Virus record (IMG/VR): IMGVR_UViG_3300045988_122265
Location: 1-40,571 of that record
Origin: a virus
Reading direction: 5' to 3' (one strand)
DNA: 40,571 bases
The translations under genes and the position numbers were made by a program. Shown piece by piece: positions 25,635-33,093 of the stretch. The notes beneath the pieces are model-generated. The model saw nothing but the letters and a program-made list of their open reading frames with translations. It was not told the origin of the DNA and did no database searches. Numbering within the stretch: position 1 is the stretch's first letter; each line of letters begins with the position of its first letter.

Positions 25635-28091
25635 ATGAAAAGCTGGACTGATACAGCAAAAGCGAAATGGCGGGATAGCGACTCACGCCAAATTAAGGCA
25701 GAAATTGAACTTGGGCATTATACATGGGTGCCGCCCCCGCCCGAACCTGACGAACCGGACGTACCCGAACCCGAACCGGGGGAAGTTAAAATAGCTTACA
25801 AAATAGAGCCTGGCGAGATTGTAGGGAACTCCACCAAGATAGACGAGGCCATATCCGATGCGGAAACCATCAAATATGGCACGGTACAGCCCGCAGCACT
25901 TGAAATACAGATTGTCGAAGATAGCGAGGAAGTAAGTGAGGTAGAGCGGTATAGCCAACATCTGGACGGATACGTTAAAGGGCGCATCTGGGATTATGCG
26001 ATAGGCCACAAGATAACGGTATACCTATGGGATACAAGTAATGTGTTTGAAATGGGGTCTCCTTATGTCGCTGAATTTTACATTGCCGGGGTTAAAGGCG
26101 AGGGTACGACCAAGTTTAAGACTATTACGGCATATGACGCGCTGAGCCTTTTCGACAAAGACGTTTCCGACTGGTACAACGGCCTTGACTTCAACGGGCT
26201 TACCCTTAAAGCGTTTCGTGAGAGCTTGTGTACATATTGCGGCGTGGAATTTGAGAGCGTAACGCTGGCCAACGACAGCATGACCATAAGCCGCACAATG
26301 TCCGCAACGTCCATATCGGGGCGCGATATCCTTTCCGCGTGCTGCGAGCTTTGCGGCTGCTGGCCTAAGATAGAGCTATGGGCAGACGTACCTCCGGACT
26401 GGGATATCTCATTCATGGGAACAATAAACAAACTCCGCTGGGTGACGCTTGGCGGCACATCGTGCGAAACGTTTGATTACAGTCAATACGACTATACTTT
26501 CCGTCCCGACAGCACCCGCGAAGAATATGACTGCAAGGGCATTAACGCCGTTGTGGTACGGGCAACCGAAGACGATGTAGGCGGGCATTACCCCGCAACC
26601 GTGCAGGATAACCCGTACATCATACAGGGCAATTTCCTGTGCTTCGGGAAAAGCACGGCGGAGCTTACCACCATAGCGCAAAACATATACAACCAGATAG
26701 CGAACAAGCCATACAGGCCGCACAAAACGGTTATAACGGGGCGGCCATACCTTGAACCCGGCGACAAGGTAACGGTGAAATTCGCCGACGGCAACGGCGG
26801 CACTTTCGACACATACATACTAAAGCGCACAACGACGGGCGAGGCCGCCCTGCTGGATACCTATGAAGCCAAGGGGCAAAAGGAGCATCGGGAGCAGTAC
26901 GGCATATCCCAACAGATACAGCAGATACAGGGCAGGACAAACGAGCTTACCCGAACGGTGGACGAAACCGTAAATACAATTACCCGCATTGAATACCTTA
27001 CTCCTGTTTTGTCGAAAACCGACCCGTCAACGGAATGGGCGGACGATGAAAAGGCGGCAAAAGAGGGCTACCAATGGTTTGATGGTACTGACTTGCGCAT
27101 ATGGGACGGGGCGGCATGGAAGCTGACCATATACCCCGACTACAACCAAAGCACACAGCCCAACAACGCCAAGGAAGGGGAATACTGGTATAACCCGACA
27201 ACGGGCGAGATAAAGAAGCTTGTCGGCGATACATGGACGGCTGATAGCATGGTATGTATCCCCACAACGTGGACGCAGACCATGCAGACACAGTTAAAGA
27301 TCACCGCCGAGGGCGTACAAAGCACCGTCACAAAGGACAACATTATATCCACCATCAATCAGAGCGCGGAGAGCGTGAGCATAAACGCAAGCAAGATTGA
27401 TTTGACGGGCTATGTCACCATAAACTCCCTGAAAGCGGGGGGAACTACGCAGATTGACGGCGGGCGCATAACCACGGGTACGGTAGCGGCGGCGCGTATT
27501 GACGTTGATAATCTGTACGTTAAGCATCTGAGCGCGGCTGATGGAACTTTCACCGGAACGCTGCAAGCCGCAAGCGGCACTTTTGATACGCTTGATGCGG
27601 TAGGCGGCTATGTTCACTTCGGCTATAACTTTTTGCGCATAAACGGCGTTGAGATAGGCTATTATCCCGGGTATTCCGAGGTGTGCGTTGTCCCTCCCTA
27701 TCATGAAGTGGGGAACCTTGGCGCAGGGACGCTTGCATGGAATCAATGCGTTGCGAAGTTTTTGCACAGTAAAAGCGGCAGCGTACAATCCTATTCTATG
27801 CGCAAGCTCAAAAGGGATATAGAGGACTACCCATACGACCCAACGCTTGTAGACAGGCTGCAACCCGTAACTTTCAGAATGAAAGACGATGCGGACAATA
27901 TAAAATACGTCGGCCTAATCGCCGATGATGTGCAGGAAATTGAACCGCTTGTTGTCCACTCGTTTCAAGACGAAGGCATGCCCGAAGCAATATTAACAAT
28001 AGAATACGGCAAGGTCGGCGTGCTTTTAATCAATGAAATAAAAGCGCTGCGACAGCGCGTGAAAAAGCTTGAAGAAAGGAGACTTATATGA
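25635..28091 (+). CDS. Tail-associated / tail fibre protein with a C-terminal peptidase S74 intramolecular chaperone domain
   Basis: C-terminus SMRKLKRDIEDY....LV..L.PV.F..K.D....KYVGLIADDV.EI.P.VV.......TIEYGKVGVLLINEIKALRQRV matches the S74 autoprocessing domain pattern. Confidence 0.7.
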   Translation: MKSWTDTAKAKWRDSDSRQIKAEIELGHYTWVPPPPEPDEPDVPEPEPGEVKIAYKIEPGEIVGNSTKIDEAISDAETIKYGTVQPAALEIQIVEDSEEVSEVERYSQHLDGYVKGRIWDYAIGHKITVYLWDTSNVFEMGSPYVAEFYIAGVKGEGTTKFKTITAYDALSLFDKDVSDWYNGLDFNGLTLKAFRESLCTYCGVEFESVTLANDSMTISRTMSATSISGRDILSACCELCGCWPKIELWADVPPDWDISFMGTINKLRWVTLGGTSCETFDYSQYDYTFRPDSTREEYDCKGINAVVVRATEDDVGGHYPATVQDNPYIIQGNFLCFGKSTAELTTIAQNIYNQIANKPYRPHKTVITGRPYLEPGDKVTVKFADGNGGTFDTYILKRTTTGEAALLDTYEAKGQKEHREQYGISQQIQQIQGRTNELTRTVDETVNTITRIEYLTPVLSKTDPSTEWADDEKAAKEGYQWFDGTDLRIWDGAAWKLTIYPDYNQSTQPNNAKEGEYWYNPTTGEIKKLVGDTWTADSMVCIPTTWTQTMQTQLKITAEGVQSTVTKDNIISTINQSAESVSINASKIDLTGYVTINSLKAGGTTQIDGGRITTGTVAAARIDVDNLYVKHLSAADGTFTGTLQAASGTFDTLDAVGGYVHFGYNFLRINGVEIGYYPGYSEVCVVPPYHEVGNLGAGTLAWNQCVAKFLHSKSGSVQSYSMRKLKRDIEDYPYDPTLVDRLQPVTFRMKDDADNIKYVGLIADDVQEIEPLVVHSFQDEGMPEAILTIEYGKVGVLLINEIKALRQRVKKLEERRLI

Positions 28092-28258
28092 ACAAAGCTG
28101 AAAAACAGGTCATAGAGAGCATATACGCTACTTTGGAGCAGACCATGCCCGTAATATCATATCGGGACGTTGAAGCTAAGTGCGGTGTGTTGCAATCGCT
28201 CAAACGGCTATATAACGGCGAGTTTGAGGACAAAGCAGAAAAGGAGAACGAAGCATGA
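28088..28258 (+). CDS. Small hypothetical protein (56 aa), not in the ORF track
   Basis: Hand translation gives MNKAEKQVIESIYATLEQTMPVISYRDVEAKCGVLQSLKRLYNGEFEDKAEKENEA. ATGA overlaps at both ends. Confidence 0.45.
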   Translation: MNKAEKQVIESIYATLEQTMPVISYRDVEAKCGVLQSLKRLYNGEFEDKAEKENEA

Positions 28259-29505
28259 CCTACAACATCACCCTAACCGCCAACCACCAATCTTTGACCG
28301 CCGAATATCTCCCCCTTGCCGCTGAATCCGTGCAGTACCTTACCGCAAAGGTGATATGCGAGACGGAGGACTGGACAGGGCGCGAGATTAAAGCAATGTT
28401 TGGGCAGGGCTGCACGGTACACGAGATATCCGTGACAGGCGGGGAGATAACCGCTAAGCAGCAGCTTAACCTTACAGCGGGCGACTGGCGCGTATGGCTT
28501 GTGGGCAACTCCGCACGGGACGGCGAAGTGATACCGCGTATCACCACAAACGTTGCGCATATCAGCGTAGCCCCGACAGGCGGCACGGAGGGCAAACCCT
28601 TCCCCATAATCCCACCCACGGTGGAGGAGCAACTGCGGGCAGACATGGGCAATCTTGCCGACCTGTCCACCGAGGACAAAAGCAGCCTTGTGGCGGCGAT
28701 AAATGAAGCGGCTGAAAGCGGCGGCAGCAAAGATGCCGTGACTTACACCCCGCAAACCCTGACGGAAGAACAGAAGTCACAGGCCAGAACGAATATAGGG
28801 GCTGAAAAAGCGGGAACGGGGTACACTAAGCCCGCATCCGGCATACCCAAAACCGACCTTGCGTACGATGTGCAGACAAGCCTTGCCGAGGCCGATACGG
28901 CTATATCCCTCGGCCTGACCGCCGCCACCCCCGGCCAGATAATCAAGGTAAAGACCGTGCAGGACGGCAAGCCAACAGAGTGGGAAGCGGTGGATATGCC
29001 GAGCGGGGACAAATGGGAAAAAATAAAAGAAATCACCATAGCCGAAGGTGCCGAAGAATCTAATGCCTTGACTATAAACGCCGATGAGAATGGGAACACA
29101 TTTAGGCTTAAAAAGGCGCGATTATGCGCCAAATTCCCCGCATACACGGGTGCAAGCAACATACCGAACTTTTCATTTGCCATGCTCAATGGGAAAACGA
29201 CGGGGCGAGTACACACGCTAATCTATACCGGCTTATGGCCTAAAATATCAACAAATCTCATAACCGGCGCCGTATACTATGTTGATGTATCTGGTACGCA
29301 ACAAATCGAGCATGCGCAGTGCAACGGCAACGTCGGCTGGTCTGACGATACATCTCACGATTATAGGACATATGGGAGCAATAATGATCAACTTAAAACT
29401 ATTTATGGTGATACGTTATGGGCTAAGCCAATCACATCTATAGGCGGGACAGGTATGCTGATATATCCTGGGTGTCATTTTGTACTATATGGGGTGAGAG
29501 AATGA
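28255..29505 (+). CDS. Receptor-binding / tail fibre protein
   Basis: TPQTLTEEQKSQARTNIGA motif is common in phage fibre proteins. The C-terminal third is visibly more A/T-rich. Confidence 0.65.
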   Translation: MTYNITLTANHQSLTAEYLPLAAESVQYLTAKVICETEDWTGREIKAMFGQGCTVHEISVTGGEITAKQQLNLTAGDWRVWLVGNSARDGEVIPRITTNVAHISVAPTGGTEGKPFPIIPPTVEEQLRADMGNLADLSTEDKSSLVAAINEAAESGGSKDAVTYTPQTLTEEQKSQARTNIGAEKAGTGYTKPASGIPKTDLAYDVQTSLAEADTAISLGLTAATPGQIIKVKTVQDGKPTEWEAVDMPSGDKWEKIKEITIAEGAEESNALTINADENGNTFRLKKARLCAKFPAYTGASNIPNFSFAMLNGKTTGRVHTLIYTGLWPKISTNLITGAVYYVDVSGTQQIEHAQCNGNVGWSDDTSHDYRTYGSNNDQLKTIYGDTLWAKPITSIGGTGMLIYPGCHFVLYGVRE

Positions 29506-29666
29506 AAATTTGTGAAAACGGCATAATCCGCGACATGACTGCGGAAGAAATAGCGGAGCTTGAGCAGCTTGCGGCAGAACAGCCCACTCCCGAGCCCACA
29601 CCAGAAGAAAGAATAGCAGTGCTTGAAGAAGCGTTAAATATGCTATTATCGGGGGTGACTGAATGA
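29502..29666 (+). CDS. Small hypothetical protein (XkdX-position)
   Basis: ATGA overlap with the fibre gene. 54 aa, acidic. Confidence 0.5.
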   Translation: MKICENGIIRDMTAEEIAELEQLAAEQPTPEPTPEERIAVLEEALNMLLSGVTE

Positions 29667-29860
29667 CGGACGAGCTGCGCAATAAAATCCTTGCGTACAA
29701 CCGCAGGATAAAGGCCGACCGCGCGGAGCGGGACGAGCTGCAAGCCAAGCTTGACCGTATCGGCGAGGCAGTAGATGGCATGACGGGGCTGCCGAGCGTA
29801 TCAAAGCTTGCGGCCTTTTTAGAGACCATCAAAGAGATTATAAAGCCAAAGGAGGGCTAA
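29663..29860 (+). CDS. Small coiled-coil hypothetical protein
   Basis: ATGA overlap with the upstream gene. 65 aa. Confidence 0.5.
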   Translation: MTDELRNKILAYNRRIKADRAERDELQAKLDRIGEAVDGMTGLPSVSKLAAFLETIKEIIKPKEG

Positions 29861-29863
29861 AAT

Positions 29864-30601
29864 ATGAAAAAATATCTTGCAATGCTGCTTGCTGTTGTGC
29901 TGCTGTGCATATGCACGGGCGCACTGGCTATGGGCTGGGGACGCGCCGATAATCCGCCCCCGACTTACACCGTGACCGTCACAAAGCTGGACAAGGTGGC
30001 GACCACCAGCGGCGCGGCCTATACCCCTGCATCGGGCAAGGCTGCTACAGTCGGCACAGTGGTGTACTTTACGGCAAAATTTGTGGATGCCGAAGGCAAT
30101 CCCGTGCAGGGCACTATCAATCTTACGGATATGGACGTGCTGTATCTTGATGGCGATGTAGTCGCCGCGATAGTCACAGGCGCATACCCCGCCGTGCGGG
30201 CGGTATACAAGTATACCACTCCATTGGCGGAGCTGACCTATGACGGCAAGCCCGTGACCATAAGCGGGGATACCGTGACCATAGGCAGCCTGACCTTCAC
30301 CCGCCGCAATGGCGTGGCGGTAGATGTGTCCATAGCGGGCGGCCTTGCCGATTTGACCAGCGAGTTGAACGCGCTGAGTATGACGCTTGCCGACATCTAC
30401 GCGGGCAAGATATACATGGACGATGCCGCGCTTGTGGCGAACCTCGGTCAAAATGTACGGGCTGAGGGTGCGGCAAAGTGGTATGACGAAAAACCCGCCG
30501 TGCCTGACCTTCCGCAGACAGGCTCCGCGCCCATGTATATAGGCTACATAATGATTCTTGCCGCGCTTGGCGTGGGGGTGCGTGTATGGGCGAAAAGGTG
30601 A
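29864..30601 (+). CDS. LPXTG cell-wall-anchored surface protein (sortase substrate)
   Basis: Signal peptide MKKYLAMLLAVVLLCICTGALA. LPQTG at 30509-30523, followed by a hydrophobic stretch and the RVWAKR tail. Confidence 0.8.
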   Translation: MKKYLAMLLAVVLLCICTGALAMGWGRADNPPPTYTVTVTKLDKVATTSGAAYTPASGKAATVGTVVYFTAKFVDAEGNPVQGTINLTDMDVLYLDGDVVAAIVTGAYPAVRAVYKYTTPLAELTYDGKPVTISGDTVTIGSLTFTRRNGVAVDVSIAGGLADLTSELNALSMTLADIYAGKIYMDDAALVANLGQNVRAEGAAKWYDEKPAVPDLPQTGSAPMYIGYIMILAALGVGVRVWAKR

Positions 30602-31263
30602 AGGAATTTTTGGCTTACCTTGAAAGCCACATCGGGGACGCTTACGTCTGGGGCGCACAGGGCGAAAGGGTAGACAACCGCGCCGACCTTGAAAAATGGG
30701 TACGGCGCAAGGAAACCTCCCGAGCAAATGCCGAACGCGCCCTTGCATACATCAAAAAAGCCACCAAAACGCCGCTGTATGCCTTTGATTGCAGCGGCCT
30801 TATCATTCATTGGCTGCGTGACATAAAAGGGCTGATTGACGGTGATACAAGTGCCGCAGGGCTGTACAGACAATGCACCCAAAAGGGCAAGCTGGGCGCG
30901 TGGAGGATGGATCCCGGCGACCTTGTATTTAGGTACAGCTTCGCCAAGGGCAAAATGGGACATGTAGGCGTATACGTCGGCAACGGCATGGTGATAGAGG
31001 CTAAAGGCCGCGATTACGGCGTGGTAAATCTTCACTTGTGCCTCGGCGGCTGGACGCACCAGGGCAAACACCCCGCGCTGGCTGAGGATACCGCCCCAAC
31101 CGTTTTCAGGCTGACCTCGCCCATGATGCGCGGCGAAAATGTGAAGCTTATGCAGACCGCATTCAACGCCTGTGGCTACGATTGCGGCAAGGCCGATGGA
31201 ATATGCGGCAAGGCCACAATGACGGCTGTAAAAGCCTTTGCAACAGCCCATACGGAGGTGTAG
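30586..31263 (+). CDS. Endolysin: NlpC/P60 (C40) peptidase plus a PG_binding_1 domain
   Basis: Catalytic FDCSGLI and GHVGVYVG. C-terminus GENVKLMQTAFNACGYDCGKADGICGKATMTAVKAF. Confidence 0.8.
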   Translation: MGEKVKEFLAYLESHIGDAYVWGAQGERVDNRADLEKWVRRKETSRANAERALAYIKKATKTPLYAFDCSGLIIHWLRDIKGLIDGDTSAAGLYRQCTQKGKLGAWRMDPGDLVFRYSFAKGKMGHVGVYVGNGMVIEAKGRDYGVVNLHLCLGGWTHQGKHPALAEDTAPTVFRLTSPMMRGENVKLMQTAFNACGYDCGKADGICGKATMTAVKAFATAHTEV

Positions 31264-31266
31264 CCC

Positions 31267-31581
31267 GTGGAATGGTGGGGATGGTGTGCATCAATACTGG
31301 GGGCTATCGTGCTTATCGCGCAAGGCATAAAGGCGATAAGGGAAATCATAGCCCCCGCATTATCTATGCGGGAGAAGCTTGACAAGGTGCTTGAGCATGA
31401 TTCAAACGATTTGAAGCGGTTTGACGAAATTAACACAAAATTTGCGCAACAGGAAGTCACAAATCAGGCTATTATAACCGGCCTTGCGGCCATTATAAAT
31501 CACGAGATAGACGGAAACGGAATTGACGGGCTGAAAAATGCCCGTGCAGAACTTTTACAGCACATAATTGAAAGGAGATAA
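31267..31581 (+). CDS. N-terminally membrane-anchored coiled-coil protein (lysis accessory or holin-like)
   Basis: GTG start after GGAGG. TM WWGWCASILGAIVLIAQGI. Lies between the endolysin and the holin. Confidence 0.5.
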   Translation: MEWWGWCASILGAIVLIAQGIKAIREIIAPALSMREKLDKVLEHDSNDLKRFDEINTKFAQQEVTNQAIITGLAAIINHEIDGNGIDGLKNARAELLQHIIERR

Positions 31582-31583
31582 AC

Positions 31584-31862
31584 ATGACGAACGAATTTTT
31601 TACTTGGGCGGTGCTTTTGACTTACGCGGGGGCGACCCTCGCTACCAGCCTTATCACACAGCTTATAAAGGGTGTGGGCTTCATCGACAAAATACCCACG
31701 CGCCTGACCAGCTATGTAATCGCGCTTGTGGTGCTTATTGCCGCCACCTTTTTCACCGGCGGCCTGACCCTTGAGGCGGGTGCGCTATGCGTGATAAATG
31801 CCGTGGTTGTGTCCCTTGCCGCGAATGGCGCGTATGATGCCATAGCCCGCGACAGGAAGTAA
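31584..31862 (+). CDS. Holin (multi-TM, 92 aa)
   Basis: Three hydrophobic segments and a charged C-terminus (ARDRK). AGGAG RBS. Confidence 0.65.
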   Translation: MTNEFFTWAVLLTYAGATLATSLITQLIKGVGFIDKIPTRLTSYVIALVVLIAATFFTGGLTLEAGALCVINAVVVSLAANGAYDAIARDRK

Positions 31863-31927
31863 GATTGCCGCCGCCCCTCTGCGACAAAAATTGCCGGAGG
31901 TGAAAGGCCGATGAGAAGCCGGCCTGT

Positions 31928-32167
31928 GTGGTGGACAAAAATATTTTGCAGACCCTCTCCCGCGCGGAGTGGGAATGGATTATCTATCAGCGGATTTTCT
32001 GCGAGCGCGACCGCTGGCTTGTGGCGCGGCATCTGCTGGACGGTGTGCCGTATGACAGGCTTACAGCGGAGTATCAGGCGCGGTACACCGATGCGCCGCT
32101 GGAGTATGACCAAATTCGCCGCCGATACAAGGCGGCGGAAAGAACCCTTATAAAATATGCCCCCTGA
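31928..32167 (+). CDS. Small sigma-70 region-4-like HTH protein
   Basis: ERDRWLVARHLLDGVPYDRLTAEY...IRRRYKAAERTLIKY. GTG start with a weak RBS. The competing frame 31911..32153 has a better RBS but an Arg-rich, low-complexity product. Confidence 0.45.
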   Translation: MVDKNILQTLSRAEWEWIIYQRIFCERDRWLVARHLLDGVPYDRLTAEYQARYTDAPLEYDQIRRRYKAAERTLIKYAP

Positions 32168-32186
32168 TGGGGGCTTTTTTATTTTT
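32159..32186 (+). terminator. Intrinsic terminator
   Basis: GCCCCC-tgat-GGGGGC followed by TTTTTTATTTTT. Confidence 0.7.
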
Positions 32187-32193
32187 GGGGGGC

Positions 32194-32222
32194 TTGACAT
32201 ATGCCTGATGCTGAGGTATTTT
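32194..32222 (+). promoter_or_regulatory. Promoter of the repeat-spacer-repeat RNA (TTGACA-17 nt-TATTTT)
   Basis: TTGACA at 32194-32199 and TATTTT at 32217-32222. The predicted start falls at about 32229, the first base of repeat 1. Confidence 0.55.
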
Positions 32223-32228
32223 AATAAT

Positions 32229-32319
32229 GTCATCCGGCAACGGATGTGGATTGAAACATTTGATTTTTAGTTTTTGCGTCCGGGACGCATGTCACCCGCT
32301 TGCGGGTGTGGATTGAAAC
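32229..32319 (+). CRISPR. Mini-CRISPR unit: two 29-nt type I-C-like repeats (32229-32257, 32291-32319) flanking one 33-nt spacer (32258-32290); no cas genes in the window
   Basis: R1 is GTCATCCGGCAACGGATGTGGATTGAAAC and R2 is GTCACCCGCTTGCGGGTGTGGATTGAAAC. Both end in TGGATTGAAAC, the type I-C repeat 3' part (recalled). Both form a 6-bp stem plus tetraloop, with one compensatory base-pair change. Confidence 0.7.
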
Positions 32320-32352
32320 ATTATTTATCTTTGGTGGGGTTTCAAGCCTAAG

Positions 32353-32382
32353 AAAAAAGATGCGCCGCCGTGCATCTTTTTT
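32353..32382. terminator. Bidirectional intrinsic terminator (ends the mini-array RNA and the convergent minus-strand operon)
   Basis: AAAAAAGATGC-gccgccgt-GCATCTTTTTT. Confidence 0.7.
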
Positions 32383-32393
32383 CCTTTCTCCAG

Positions 32394-32663
32394 CTATTTC
32401 ACCCAACCCCAAAGATTTATCCAGCTTTTGGGACAGATTATCCGGTACATATAGGGCGGATTCCTCCAGTTTAGCCAGTCGAATATCCAGGCATCGCCCC
32501 ATTCGTCATCGTCCGCCAGTGCATCCAGCTCCGGTATCCGCTCGTCCGATACGCAGTACACCCCGTAGCCCTCGTCCGTGATGTAGTGGCGTAAAAATTC
32601 CATGTGGTACTTTTCGGCTAAGGCCATCAGCGTGGCCTTGGTTCTTGGCATTCTCGCTTCCAT
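32394..32663 (-). CDS. Small acidic, Trp-rich hypothetical protein (89 aa)
   Basis: AAAGGAGAG RBS before ATG (MEARMPRTK...). The product contains DALADDDEWGDAWIFDW. Confidence 0.6.
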   Translation of the reverse strand: MEARMPRTKATLMALAEKYHMEFLRHYITDEGYGVYCVSDERIPELDALADDDEWGDAWIFDWLNWRNPPYMYRIICPKSWINLWGWVK

Positions 32664-32709
32664 TTTTCTCTCCTTTGGGGCGGCATTGCCGCCCCTTGCC
32701 CTCTGCATC

Positions 32710-32997
32710 TTAGCGGTTCAGCGTTTCGGCGGCGTGCTTGGCTACTGCCGCATCGTAGGCGGATTCGCAGTCCTCATAGCTGTCAAAGTCTATATCCAGC
32801 TCATAGCACAGCGCCTCGACAAGATTCGGCTCCCACTCAGCATCGTCGTCTATGGCCGCTATAAGCTCATCTGCCGTAGCCGCGCGGACTTCGCTGCGGG
32901 GGGGGGAGTCTTTTCCCGCTACCCGCCACATGGGGATAAAATCTTCGCCATACTGCTCATAAGTCTCGGTGCCTTCAATCGCTTTGTAAACCTTCAT
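32710..32997 (-). CDS. Small, strongly acidic hypothetical protein (95 aa; about 24 D/E versus about 7 K/R)
   Basis: GAAGGGAG RBS. First gene downstream of consensus promoter copy A. Confidence 0.65.
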   Translation of the reverse strand: MKVYKAIEGTETYEQYGEDFIPMWRVAGKDSPPRSEVRAATADELIAAIDDDAEWEPNLVEALCYELDIDFDSYEDCESAYDAAVAKHAAETLNR

Positions 32998-33093
32998 TTT
33001 TAACTCCCTTCGGGCTTGTCGCCCTTGCTTTATCGTGGCTTTATTATACCATAGGTATATACCTACGTCAAGGGTTTTTTGCAGATTTTTTGA
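32997..33093 (-). repeat. About 97-bp promoter/operator/leader repeat, copy A
   Basis: Near-identical to 34343-34440: tttttaactcccttcggg...cttgctttatcgtggctttattataccataggtatatacctacgtcaagg..tttttgcagattttttga. Confidence 0.9.
33043..33071 (-). promoter_or_regulatory. Consensus promoter A (TTGACG-17 nt-TATAAT, extended TGg) with a 14-bp perfect palindrome TAGGTATATACCTA in the spacer
   Basis: On the minus strand the -35 is at 33066-33071, the palindrome at 33052-33065 and the -10 at 33043-33048. Confidence 0.7.

Noticed and set aside
25635-29505. Diversity-generating retroelement (template/variable repeat pair) targeting the fibre genes
   Set aside because: No reverse transcriptase gene is present anywhere in the window. 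I saw no near-duplicate of the fibre C-terminal coding sequence.
31911-32153. Alternative ORF (80 aa) with a well-spaced GGAGG RBS overlapping the HTH ORF 31928..32167
   Set aside because: The product is Arg/Ser/Trp-rich and low-complexity with no motif, whereas the other frame gives a plausible region-4-like HTH. I kept it as an uncertainty on the start and frame of that gene.
32320-32382. A second spacer (32320-32352, also exactly 33 nt and also starting with ATT) followed by a degenerate third repeat
   Set aside because: The sequence at 32353-32382 is a hairpin but shares no GTC... or ...TGGATTGAAAC identity with the repeats. It is better explained as the bidirectional terminator. The 33-nt spacing is noted but may be coincidental.
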